In this document: in pieces, positions 10,148 through 21,346 of the stretch | How positions within the stretch are numbered: position 1 is the first letter of the stretch | Layout of the letters: each line of letters opens with the position of its first letter | Assembly (NCBI GenBank): GCA_012862495.1 | Contig: BLSG01000333.1 | Location: forward strand, 30,187 to 68,755 | Origin: Thraustochytrium aureum | Lineage: Eukaryota | DNA length: 38,569 bases | Direction of reading: 5' to 3' | The notes under the pieces: model-generated | Told to the model about the DNA's origin: nothing | Seen by the model: only the letters and a program-made list of their open reading frames with translations | Databases searched by the model: none | Made by a program: the position numbers and the translations under genes

Positions 10148-11158
10148 TTACTTGTCCCAGACGCGACGCCGAAGTTGCGCAAACGCAGAAAATGGTCGCA
10201 GGCGATGAGCTCGGCTTTGCTGGGCTTTCTGCCGTTTGCTGCCTCAAAGTCGCCGCCAGCCATCGAGGCGCTCCTTGGCACGCGCGAGACGCTCCTCTGC
10301 TGTCATTGCTGCCTCGCGCTCGTCGAAAAGGGAATCAAACATGGCTTGGCAGTGCACGGGAGCCATGACAATGTGCTTGACGAGCTCGCCGCTAGCGCTC
10401 TTGGTGATATACACTAGCTCCTGCGACCCGTTTTCGCCGCGAAGCGCGCAAACAAGGCGCCCTCCGGCCCGCAGGAGAGGACCAGTCAATACTTGGACGT
10501 ACTCGCCTTCGCATGGCAGAGCGAAGCCGGCGTGGATTAGGTCAAAAGCGCGCCCTTGGGCGAGGCAGCGATCCAAGAACGAAAGCTGCTCTGCCTCGTC
10601 ATCAGCCGGCGCGAACGCAAGCTCGGTGGGCAACAAGCAGCATTGTGTTTCGGCATCAACCTTGGTCTCGCGAATCACGTTGGCCGCCTTGACAAGGCGT
10701 GGCACCGCGTCGGCAGTGGCGACTTGCACTGCACCGCAGCCCAGCCGCCGGGCCGCTCGCGCAAGGACCACAGCGAGGTACCCGGTCCCACAGCCTAGGT
10801 CCAAGACGTTGCACGGACCACCACGGTGGCGCTCGAGCTGTCGGGCGCACAGCTCGCCCACCATCGCATGGTGGTGCGGCGTTGACAGCGTCGACTTGCT
10901 GAACGCGTCGATCGTAACGGGGGCGTTTTCGTAGGGCTCTGCGTAGATCGCCGCGCCGTGCTCGAGCGGGATGAAGAGCGCCCGGTCCGTCTCTGCCAAA
11001 GCTTGCGCTAGCTCCGCAGTACGCAACACCCCGTTGCGCTGCAGAGCTTTCACGAGGTCCGCTTGCGATTTTTGGCCCCCGCCGACGTCGCCCAACGACA
11101 GCTCGACGAGCCCAAGCTCGCCGCCGCGCTGCTCCTCCGGCCTCTCGTCGATAGTCAT
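10148..11158 (-). CDS. Protein-L-isoaspartate(D-aspartate) O-methyltransferase (PCMT/PIMT)-like protein with a C-terminal extension; in-frame stop at 10244, probable true stop at 10148 after frameshifts
   Basis: SQADLVKAL..GVL, DRALF, PYENAP, TLSTPHHHA (cf. TISAPHMHA), SAM motif I VLDLGCGTGY, FDLIHAG (cf. YDAIHVG) and LRAGGRLV (cf. LKPGGRL). Confidence 0.85.
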
Positions 11159-11928
11159 CGAGAACAACCCAGCGCTACGCTGACCAGCAGCCCTTGCAAT
11201 GGTCGCTCGTTTGACAAGCTCTGCGCCGCCTCGCNNNNNNNNNNNNNNNNNNNNNNNNNNNNNNNNNNNNNNNNNNNNNNNNNNNNNNNNNNNNNNNNNN
11301 NNNNNNNNNNNNNNNNNNNNNNNNNNNNNNNNNNNNNNNNNNNNNNNNNNNNNNNNNNNNNNNNNNNNNNNNNNNNNNNNNNNNNNNNNNNNNNNNNNNN
11401 NNNNNNNNNNNNNNNNNNNNNNNNNNNNNNNNNNNNNNNNNNNNNNNNNNNNNNNNNNNNNNNNNNNNNNNNNNNNNNNNNNNNNNNNNNNNNNNNNNNN
11501 NNNNNNNNNNNNNNNNNNNNNNNNNNNNNNNNNNNNNNNNNNNNNNNNNNNNNNNNNNNNNNNNNNNNNNNNNNNNNNNNNNNNNNNNNNNNNNNNNNNN
11601 NNNNNNNNNNNNNNNNNNNNNNNNNNNNNNNNNNNNNNNNNNNNNNNNNNNNNNNNNNNNNNNNNNNNNNNNNNNNNNNNNNNNNNNNNNNNNNNNNNNN
11701 NNNNNNNNNNNNNNNNNNNNNNNNNNNNNNNNNNNNNNNNNNNNNNNNNNNNNNNNNNNNNNNNNNNNNNNNNGAGCGTGGCATTGCGCCTGTGAAACAA
11801 GCCTTTCGCAACGCACTCCCCTCCTCGCCTCGCTTCGGTCTGCACTCGGATTGAGCCTGCATGGTGACGAACGCTGCGCTGGCGAGCCACTCGAAATGCA
11901 GCAATGCATGGATCGAGCGAGCGAGACC

Positions 11929-12502
11929 TCAAACGCGTTCGCTGGCGTTTGGGTTCGCTGACGTACTATTTGCCGGCTTGCACTTCACCGCTGATGCAAA
12001 CTTGCCCCAGGCTGCACGAACGTCCGGGTCGATTTCGATGCAATAAAAGAGGATGACGACGTTGAGCGCGATGTAGAGCACCCCTACGGTGAACGCGCTC
12101 AACGCGCACTTGCCGCCCAGTCCAACGAGCATCGAGACTGTAGCTAGCAAAATCGTAAGCGCAGTGATCGAGGCATACAGCCAAATGAGCATGATTCCGC
12201 CAAAGTAGGGGAGCAGGATTGGCCCAATGTGGGCGAGCCCGGTATAGTTGAACCACGAGCAGATCGAGCCCATGCCAATGATCGTGACAATAAAGACTGC
12301 AACGCCAAGCAGCATGATGACCTTGTAAAGCTCGGCTTCGTCGTCGCTCTCGGCGACCATGTCCACGCGCAAGAACGGGTCGAGGCTTCTGAAGCAGGAT
12401 TGCTCTTCTTGCTCGATTGGCCTGTCTTGGCCCTCGCGGTACGCCTTGTTGTCGTCCGCCACCTTGGTCTCCTCTCCACCCGCCAGCTGTACCGGACGCC
12501 AT
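11929..12502 (-). CDS. Small multi-pass (3-4 TM) membrane protein, paralog A; probable ATG at 12502 with a 1-nt frameshift near 12480
   Basis: Hydrophobic helices YKVIMLLGVAVFIVTIIGMG, IWLYASITALTILLATVSMLVG and ALSAFTVGVLYIALNVVILFYC. Aligns colinearly with the neighbouring ORF and ends SERV. Confidence 0.75.
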
Positions 12503-13030
12503 TCCTTGGCGCCGCAGCTAGCCCAACAAAGCCTGCACACGCTCGGTCTCGTTGGCAGCCGATGTCGAGCTACGTGCCCTGTGCGACGGGCCTTGCGGCG
12601 GTGGGAGGCCGAGCGCAAGTGTGTCTGTCAGCTCGGCTCGAACTCAACTCGAGGGCGCGGCCGACCAGCTTGCGCGCCCTATGGCAACCGCGATACCGTC
12701 TCCGCTCCGAGCAAAGCCAGCACCGTTGTCGATGTCCCCGGCGCGAACCCGCCGTCCCCGGTGCGAATCTCGACTGCGCCGCAGCAACCTGACCGCTGTG
12801 CGCTGGCAATGGCGCGGTTGTGCTGGCGGCATGCGTACCACGCCAAGTTCATGCCACTTTTTTGGCAGGCCATCATGCCAAGCAGGGTGGACATAACAAG
12901 TGACGAAGCGCCGCCATCTGTGCTGATGAGCTTGCAGCGTGCAGGAGCCGGATCCACCGGCTCGAGGTGCCGAGGCCCTTTTCAGGGAGGTCGAATGTGT
13001 TGGTTGAGTTGAATAGTTACGAGCAATTAA

Positions 13031-13716
13031 TTAAACGCGCTCTGTCGGGTATGCGTCCTTTGACGCCACGACAGAGCCCGCCGCCGGACCTGGCGCCGTG
13101 GTCGCGCTCGAGCACGAACATGAGGAGTAAAAGTTGTCAAATGAGCGCTTGACCTCTGGGTCAAGCAGCATGCAATAGTAGACGATGATCGCGTTGAGCA
13201 CGATGAAAAGTGCGCCCAGCAAAAATGCCTCGAGCGCGCACAGGCTGGCTAAGCCGGCGATGAGTGAAATCAGAGCGAACAGTATGGTGAAGCCTGTCAG
13301 CGCGGCGTACATCTTGATGTTGACCAGCACGTCGAAAAGCGGGTACACCGCAGGCGCAATGTGAAAGAGGCCGAGCAGGTTGTACCAGCGGCAGACCGTG
13401 ATGAGGCCAATGACGCTGATGATAAAGGCCACCACGCCCGCCAGCATCATCGTTTTGTACATCCCGGCCTCCGCGGGGCCTGCTGTTAGCATCTCGACCT
13501 TGCGCAGCGGGTTGTTGCGCTCTGCCCAGGAGGCCCCTTGTGGCGAGCCTGCGTCACCTCCTCCGGACGTTGGTGCGCGCTGCTGTGGCTGCTGCGTCTG
13601 GCGCTGCTCTTGTTGGCGATAGTATCGTCTCGCGAATGATCGTATGCAGGATCTGCGCCGCCGCCGCCGCCGCCGCGGCCGCCGCTGCGAGGCTCGTTGC
13701 CCTGCCGCGGCGGCAT
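13031..13716 (-). CDS. Small multi-pass (3-4 TM) membrane protein, paralog B; probable ATG at 13716 with a 1-nt frameshift near 13625
   Basis: YKTMMLAGVVAFIISVIGL, IKMYAALTGFTILFALISLIAG and ALEAFLLGALFIVLNAIIVYYC..DPEV are homologous to paralog A. Ends TERV. Confidence 0.75.
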
Positions 13717-13775
13717 CGGTGGCCCATTTGACGGGCGCTCGTGCCCGCTCATCTCCTGTGCTGGGCCTGTTCACC

Positions 13776-13833
13776 TGATCGGTTTGGCGTTGGGCGTCGA
13801 GCCTTGATCGGTTTGGCGTTGGGCGTCGAGCCT
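13776..13833. repeat. 29-bp direct tandem duplication (TGATCGGTTTGGCGTTGGGCGTCGAGCCT x2)
   Basis: Identical copies at 13776-13804 and 13805-13833, about 60 nt upstream of the probable ATG of paralog B. Confidence 0.92.
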
Positions 13834-14731
13834 TGCGTTTTTGCCAGAGCCTGGCTTGTGCTCGAACTCGGTCGTCGTCGGGGTAGTTGCAAGCCTCTGC
13901 ACGCGACGCGGCGATTGCAGTCTTGCTTGCCTGTGCTTGGCACGATGCGATGCAAGCTGGGCGTCGTCCGGGCGCTTCTCGCCGCGCGAACTGCGCCTCA
14001 AGCCGAGTTTGGTTGTCACGAGTTCCAGGCGTTTTGCTGGGCTTGCCTCGGCCGGCGCAAGCCACTCACGATTTTCGTTGCGTTTTAGTCTGAGGCCTGC
14101 GGCCGGACCTCCTCACCGCCATGTGGGCGCGGCGCTCGCTGTCAACGCATGCAGAGCAGTCCAATCTGAACGCGCGCTTGTCGCATCGGGCCTCCGAAAC
14201 GAGGCACGCGCCCAGCGGACTCCGCTTGCCATGGAGCAACGAGCTTTTCGTGCCTTCGCTACGGTGCGAAAAGCCGCGGCAGGTGTGCGATCACGTCACA
14301 TACCCCTCCATATGACGAGCAACTCAACAGCATCGCCATTGCTGACCATGCATCACGGCGCATGGCTCCACGCGCCAGAAGCCGACCGGCCGGCTCACCA
14401 AACCGGCCCATCATGATTACGTCGATAGCGAGCCCGCAGCAAGTCCCTCCTCCACGCTCCTCCTTCCGACGAGTCCGTGATCAACCTCAACCGCTCTCAA
14501 TAAAAATCGCCAGTCAACCTTTTGATTGANNNNNNNNNNNNNNNNNNNNNNNNNNNNNNNNNNNNNNNNNNNNNNNNNNNNNNNNNNNNNNNNNNNNNNN
14601 NNNNNNNNNNNNNNNNNNNNNNNNNNNNNNNNNNNNNNNNNNNNNNNNNNNNNNNNNNNNNNNNNNNNNNNNNNNNNNNNNNNNNNNNNNNNNNNNNNNN
14701 NNNNNNNNNNNNNNNNNNNNNNNNNNNNNNN

Positions 14732-14754
14732 GGGAGGGAGGGAGGGAGGGAGGG
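14732..14754. repeat. (GGGA)n microsatellite at a gap edge
   Basis: GGGAGGGAGGGAGGGAGGGAGGG immediately follows gap 14530-14731. Confidence 0.8.
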
Positions 14755-14850
14755 TGACCAGGCGGCCCGCGGGGGGCGCGGCGGCGGTGAAGAAGGCGGT
14801 GGGGCGTGGAGGGCCGTGGAGTGGTGCGTGTGCGTGGCGACGCCGGCAGG

Positions 14851-15693
14851 ATGATGGGGGATGATGGCGATAAAATGGTCAACTCGCTGTCCAACTCGCT
14901 GCAGAAAGCGTGGCCGAGCGACAAGAACATGCTGCAGAGCGCTGCGAACGAAGCCAAGCTGCTCGACACCAAGCAGCAGGAAACGAGGATCATGTCTGGG
15001 CTGCTGCGCAAGGCCTCCATGCTCTGCAAACCCGGCGGAGGCGTCGACCCGTCGCACAAAGCCCTGATGAAGGACCTGGTACTGAACAACGATGCGGCAA
15101 TCATGGCCGCCCTGGACAACTCGGAGGAAGGCGAGGCCGAAACCCTCAACGAGTACCTCCAGCTCCTCTCGCTCGAAAAGGTGACGACGTCCACTGCCGA
15201 GCAAGAGCGCCTCCGCTCCAACAGAAAGGCGCTCGTGGGCCGGTTTTTGAAAAACGTCAAGACGTTTGCGCGGAAAATATCCAGCGAAGAAGACAAGCGC
15301 GGCTCGCTGATGCAGCAAGAGTTCGAGAAGCAGCGCATGCAGCAAGGCCTCGGCTCCAAGCGGAGCCGTCCGGGCAGCATGGTCAACTTCACCTCGTTCC
15401 CCAACAACCACCGCCTCAAGACTGTGCCGGAGAGCCAAGCCGCAGACGACCAGGACGGCGCCGGTGCGGCGAGGGCCAAGGGGCAGCAGGCAACAAGCGG
15501 GCTGGCCACGTCCAGCGCTTCGTTCCGGACCTCGATGCCGCCGCCCCAGCAGGTGCAGGGCGGAACGGGGACAAGCTCTGGCTCCTTTTCGGGAGGGGCA
15601 GGCGCAAGTGGCACCTCGCAGGGCCTTGGAACGACTGCCGTGCTCAACCGGCTCCTTGAGCAGCAGCTCCTCTCGACCCCCCCGCCAAGCGCA

Positions 15694-15725
<32 letters not shown>

Positions 15726-16838
15726 CGCTGCTCTCTGGCCTTGGCAACGTGGACCTGGCCGCCCTCATCCGTCAGGAGCAGTTGAAGCAGCAACAGCAGC
15801 AGCAGCAGCAGAACGCGCTGCAAGCTCAACTGTTGCAAGCGATCGCTCAGGGCGGCTCTGGGCTGGACGCGGAGACGTTGGTCAAGCTCCTCGAAATGCA
15901 AAAGGAACAGCAGCAGCAGCAAGAGCAGCGCCAAATGCAGAGCATCTTGGCTAGCCTCCAGCTGCAGCAGCAGCAACCGCCCCAGCAGCAAGGCCTCGGG
16001 GGGTTCGGAGGGCTTGGCTCGCTCGGCCTCGGTGCGGGCGTTGGCTCTGGCACCGGGGCAGGCTTGTTCGGGTCTGGAGGCGGCCTGCTTGGCTCGCTCG
16101 GCGGTCTCGCGAGCCTCAATCGAGGTCCTAGCGGGCCCGGCGTAGCAGGCCTTCTCAGCAGTCTCGGGGGCGGGGCCGGGAGCGGGGCCGGGGCCGAGCT
16201 CCCCGTCGACCAGAAGCTCGTTCTAGATCGGCTCGTCCAAGAGCAGGGCGGCCGCCAGAGCGGGCCGCCGACCTCGGCGGTGTCCAACCTGCTCCTCACC
16301 CGCAAGTGGGAGCGCGAGAATCGCAAGCAACAGCGTCTTGCAGTGCGGCGCGAGAAGAAGAGCACGCGCGAGCGCCAGCGCCGCTTTGTGCTCAACACCC
16401 TGTACGAGGACCTCGCTGCGCTCCTCTTCGATGAGGTCGAGCGCGAGAACAAGGACAGGGCCTCCGTTCTCCAGACCACAATCGACTTCTTCGTACTTAC
16501 GGACGGCCTCGTCGTGCCGGATCGCGTTCCTGGCGAGGACGAACTTGAAGAGGACGACGAGGAGGAGCCAATCCCGAACGGGCCTAGCCTGACGCCCGCC
16601 GAGAAGGTTGCGCGGCGCCGGTGGAAGAAGAGCCGGCGAGAAAAGCAACGACGCCACAACGTCAACATTCTGTCTGAGCGGCTCGGCTCGATGCTCGCCG
16701 TGCCAGAGATCAAGGACAAGACCACGGTTCTGAACACTGCCATCCAGCAAATCAAGGACAAACAAGCCGCGGGCACCGTGCCGACGCCCGCCGTCACCGC
16801 CGGCGGTCCCCTGGCGCACCTTGCAATTGGGCAAATAA
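14851..16838 (+). CDS. PolyQ/Gly-rich transcription factor with two tandem bHLH domains; frameshift at the C7 run 15677-15683; 3' end uncertain (probable TAA 16836-16838, ORF-track stop 17122)
   Basis: bHLH1 RREKKSTRERQRRFVLNTLYEDLAALL..KDRASVLQTTIDFF (16346-16492) and bHLH2 RRWKKSRREKQRRHNVNILSERLGSML..KDKTTVLNTAIQQI (16613-16759). CAG polyQ tracts lie at about 15690-15980. Confidence 0.8.
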
Positions 16839-16902
16839 AAAATGGTTTCCTTTTCCGCGCCCTCCGGCGCGAGCGAGATAGCTGCGCGGCGACGCGGGCC
16901 CG

Positions 16903-16968
16903 TTCGCTCTTGGAGCTCTATTCACTCTTGGAGCTCTATTCGCTCTTGGAGCTCTATTCGCTCTTGGA
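16903..16968. repeat. 18-bp tandem repeat (TTCGCTCTTGGAGCTCTA) x3.7 overlapping the GDH stop codon
   Basis: Units at 16903, 16921, 16939 and 16957 (partial). Confidence 0.92.
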
Positions 16969-17581
16969 CCCGAGGTGGTGGTCCACCATGGTGCGCGCGC
17001 CGCCGTGGCGCAGAACGTCCACCACGAGTTTCGCCTCCGCCGCGGAGAGCCCCTGCAGAGCGGCCCCGCCGGCCTCGAGTCTCGAGGCGAGCTCGTTCGT
17101 CTCAATTGCGCGCTCGAGGTAGTCGAGCAGCCAGTGGCCAAGCACCTCCTCGTTGATCGACATGGCGTAGCTGACGCCCTCGCGGTACACGAGCTGGCTG
17201 GCAAGGATGCAGGCAAGCTGGAAGCGGATGTAAGCGGGCGGCACGCGGTCTTGGAAGCGGTCCCAAGCCTTGTCCATGAGCGCCTTCGGGAGGTGCGAGC
17301 GGATCACGGGAAGAAGGCGCTGGTACTGCTCGTCCTCGAGGCCCTCGAGCACCGCAGCAAAGGCGTCCGTCGAGCGGTTGATGGCCAGGCTGATCCGCGT
17401 GCTCACAGGCGGGAGCGGCGCGGACGGGTTCGATTTGTACTCGCGAAACATGAGCTTGGCCTCCGACTCGGCGCGCTGGCGCAACCCGTCCAAAACGTCC
17501 GCGACGAGCTTGGGCTTGAGCTCGAGAAACTCGGCCTTGCTCAACAGCATCGACGAGATGATCTCCATCGAAGAGCAGATC

Positions 17582-17616
<35 letters not shown>

Positions 17617-20452
17617 CACGCAGCCGTGCGCCGAGAGCCGCTCGCGCGCCAACGGGGTCAGAAACAGGTTGGCGCCCTCGACAATGAGCGGGCTGGAGGG
17701 CTTCCCGTCCGCCATCAAAAACTTTTCCCAGTTCGAGTCGTTGATGGTGGCCGGCCGCCCTCCAGCGGGGACGAACGCGTCGGCCACAACCTGGTTGTGC
17801 ATCATGTTGCGCTNNNNNNNNNNNNNNNNNNNNNNNNNNNNNNNNNNNNNNNNNNNNNNNNNNNNNNNNNNNNNNNNNNNNNNNNNNNNNNNNNNNNNNN
17901 NNNNNNNNNNNNNNNNNNNNNNNNNNNNNNNNNNNNNNNNNNNNNNNNNNNNNNNNNNNNNNNNNNNNNNNNNNNNNNNNNNNNNNNNNNNNNNNNNNNN
18001 NNNNNNNNNNNNNNNNNNNNNNNNNNNNNNNNNNNNNNNNNNNNNNNNNNNNNNNNNNNNNNNNNNNNNNNNNNNNNNNNNNNNNNNNNNNNNNNNNNNN
18101 NNNNNNNNNNNNNNNNNNNNNNNNNNNNNNNNNNNNNNNNNNNNNNNNNNNNNNNNNNNNNNNNNNNNNNNNNNNNNNNNNNNNNNNNNNNNNNNNNNNN
18201 NNNNNNNNNNNNNNNNNNNNNNNNNNNNNNNNNNNNNNNNNNNNNNNNNNNNNNNNNNNNNNNNNNNNNNNNNNNNNNNNNNNNNNNNNNNNNNNNNNNN
18301 NNNNNNNNNNNNNNNNNNNNNNNNNNNNNNNNNNNNNNNNNNNNNNNNNNNNNNNNNNNNNNNNNNNNNNNNNNNNNNNNNNNNNNNNNNNNNNNNNNNN
18401 NNNNNNNNNNNNNNNNNNNNNNNNNNNNNNNNNNNNNNNNNNNNNNNNNNNNNNNNNNNNNNNNNNNNNNNNNNNNNNNNNNNNNNNNNNNNNNNNNNNN
18501 NNNNNNNNNNNNNNNNNNNNNNNNNNNNNNNNNNNNNNNNNNNNNNNNTGCTTCCGCCTTCTGCGATGTCCTTGTTCTTGAGCTGCTGCGCAAACGCCAG
18601 GTCGTAGCACTCCACGAGTTGGCGGGCGCTCTCCACGGCGTGCATCTCGCGGTTGCGCGGTGTCACGATGCGCAGACCGCCACGAGCGATGTCGCGGAAC
18701 CGGAGGTGAAAGCCGGCGAACCGCCGGCCGTGCACAAAAAAGACGCCATAGGGGACTTCAGTGCGGCCCTGCGCCTCGTCCAAGATGTTTTGCACGCACA
18801 CAGCGGGGTCGAGGCGAAAGCAAACCCCGAACCGGTTTGGCGCAAACAGGTTGGTCCGCTTTACGCCTTGCACGACGTCGAGCAGGGTCGAGAGGACCTC
18901 CTGGGCGATCTTGAGCTCGCCAGAGTCGCGGATCCTGCTGCGCAGCGCCTCGACTTGCGTGGCAAAGACAGCGTCGTCCCGCTCCGGGTGGGCTTCCGCG
19001 GGGTTGAACCGGTTCATGAAGAGCTTGACGATCGCTTGCGTGTACTCGAGGCGCGACGGGTCAGCGACAACGGCCTCCACGTTGGTGCGCGCAAACTCGT
19101 AGGCGTCGCGGGGAGCTAGAATGGCGTGCGCCACGTCGCAGAGGGCGATGACGAGCTCCGACTCGCGCGAGGACATGCCGTAGTTGCGCACCAGGTCGAG
19201 GGCGCGGTCGTCCATCCACTTGCTGACCGTGGGCAGGTCCTCCACAAAGCCGGTGTTCAGCGCGTCCATTCCGCCCGGTACCGCCGCGAGCGCGGCCGCG
19301 TCGTGGGGAGCGACCAAGATGCGAAAGAGAGCGACGCGGTTGGAGCGAAGCATGTCGTAGTGGCCCTTCGCGTCGCGTTCGTCGGTCTCGGAGTCCGACT
19401 TGGGGCCGCGGATCAGGTCCAGGTGTGTGCGGATGATGCGCAGGTTTTTGCTGCTAAAGTACGCGGTGAGCCGCTGGATGGCCGACACGACGAGCACGTT
19501 GGTGACGGCGAGCGTGATCATGGTGCGGTCCGGGGTGCCGGCCCAGTTGGGCTCGATGTCGATGCCAACCTCGTCCTCGCCACGGTTGATGACGTGGTGG
19601 TAGAGCTCGACCTGCTTGCAGAAGCGCCGCGGGCTACTGCGGGTCACGTAGGCTGGCCCGCAGTGCTCTGCCAGGAAGGCGCTCAGGGCATCCTTTTCGA
19701 AGTACGGCGCCGGCTGCGCGTGCAGCGGGTCGGCGGCGAACTCGCCGGCCTGGAGCCGCGCCACGTACTCTTCAAGCTCGGCGCTCATGTAGCCCCCCTG
19801 CGTCTGGGCCTCGCTGTTCTGGAAGGTGAACACGTTGAGCGACATTTCCCCGTCCTTCGAGTTGAAGACCTGCATCCCCGACAGCGGCGCGGTCTTCGGT
19901 AGCCTGGCAAGCTGCTCGCTCAGTTTCGCGGGCGTCACGGTGCCGCCGCTGATCATCGTCATCGAGGTCCCGTCCGCGCTGTTGAGCGTCAGCTCCGGCA
20001 CAGCGTCGAAATCGTACAGCGCCACCAGCGCGCTCAGGTGCTGGTCGCGCAGTTCGGCCGGGACCTGCTTAAAGTACGAAGTCGGCATCTCCTCGAGAAA
20101 CCAGGGGATCTTGACTTGCGCGGCCTCCAGCTGCTCGCGCTGGAGCATTTCGAGGAGGTCGTCGTGGTCGTTCTCCTCCCCGTCGGGGGTGTCCATCACC
20201 ACCATCTCGCTGTCTGCGCGCCGGTACAGCCGATTCTGGCGTCCATCGTCATCGTCATCCTCGCTTCCCCCTTGGCCGTTTGCCCCCGTCGTCCCGGCCA
20301 GAGCGCGCCACGACTGCGCGCCCCACCCCTTGCCGCCTGCGCCGCCTCTCGAGCTCCCAAACGCGCCCACCGCCGTCCTGCCCTCCATTGGCCGCGCCCC
20401 TGGTCGCCAGGGCCCTCGCGGCGCTACCGCGTCCGAGTACTATCCGCAGCAT
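16954..20452 (-). CDS. GDH2: Large NAD-specific glutamate dehydrogenase (eukaryotic GDH2 type, about 1150 aa); spans a gap; probable ATG at 20452 with a frameshift near 20389 (ORF-track start 20388)
   Basis: GFHLRFRDIARGGLRIV, ECYDLAFAQQLKNKDIAEGGS, FVPAGGRPATIN, IVEGANLFLT and KDSSANKCGVICSSMEI. Confidence 0.93.
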
Positions 20453-21346
20453 CGTCGCCTGCGTCCCCAACCGTCCTTGCGCGCACCGAAATCGAGTCGT
20501 TCGTTCCTACAGCCTCAAAACCGCGCCGAATCCCCCGATTCTTTCACCCTCCGGACGCCCGCGGGCCGCCCGCACAACAACAACAGCAGCGCCGCTGTAC
20601 CGCGCGCCAGCCCCGTACGCGCCCCCGCTCCGCGAGTCCGGATCGCTCTCCGCGCGCGCTCTCGCGTTCCGGCTCTGCTGCTGCGCTCTTTGTGTCTCGA
20701 GCGCCTGCCCGCCTTTTCTGCCCCAGGCGATAAAACAACCGCATCCAACCTCTACGAGACCTCTTAGGTGGTTTAGATAGGCCCAGCGCCCATTGGGGTC
20801 GCATAAATGGCCCGCAGGATCCTCTCACGCATTGCGCGCTCGGATTGATCCTCTGCAAAGCGCGCCAGACGCCGGCGCCTCGAAGCACGCTNNNNNNNNN
20901 NNNNNNNNNNNNNNNNNNNNNNNNNNNNNNNNNNNNNNNNNNNNNNNNNNNNNNNNNNNNNNNNNNNNNNNNNNNNNNNNNNNNNNNNNNNNNNNNNNNN
21001 NNNNNNNNNNNNNNNNNNNNNNNNNNNNNNNNNNNNNNNNNNNNNNNNNNNNNCTCTGCCACTTCGGCTCCGTGCAACGGATTTGCCTCTGCTTAGCGGT
21101 ACCGGTTGGGCCGGAGCGATGGATGTGGCGGGCAGTGAGTTTGTGGCCTTGCCCAACTCACTCGAGCACCGACTCGGAGTCGGGACACACAATTCAACAG
21201 AATGGCTCTGGCAAGGCCACAGCCAGATTGCGGCTTGAGACTCTTTTCCTGCAGGCTGGCTCTGGCTGGCCAAGGCCAAGTCGTTGGCGAGCGGGCGCAT
21301 CACCAAAGTTGTCTTGGTTGGCCTTTTCTACTCGTTGTACTTGTCA

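Noticed and set aside
16839..17122. bHLH ORF extension overlapping the GDH 3' end in antisense
   Set aside because: The extension runs through the 18-bp repeat and GDH antisense sequence. A TAA at 16836 is reached by a 1-nt correction in a GGG run, so a real overlap is unlikely.
16975..19902. Long plus-strand ORFs antisense to GDH, and similar shadow ORFs opposite other genes
   Set aside because: These are typical antisense shadows of GC3-rich coding sequence, several inflated by N runs.
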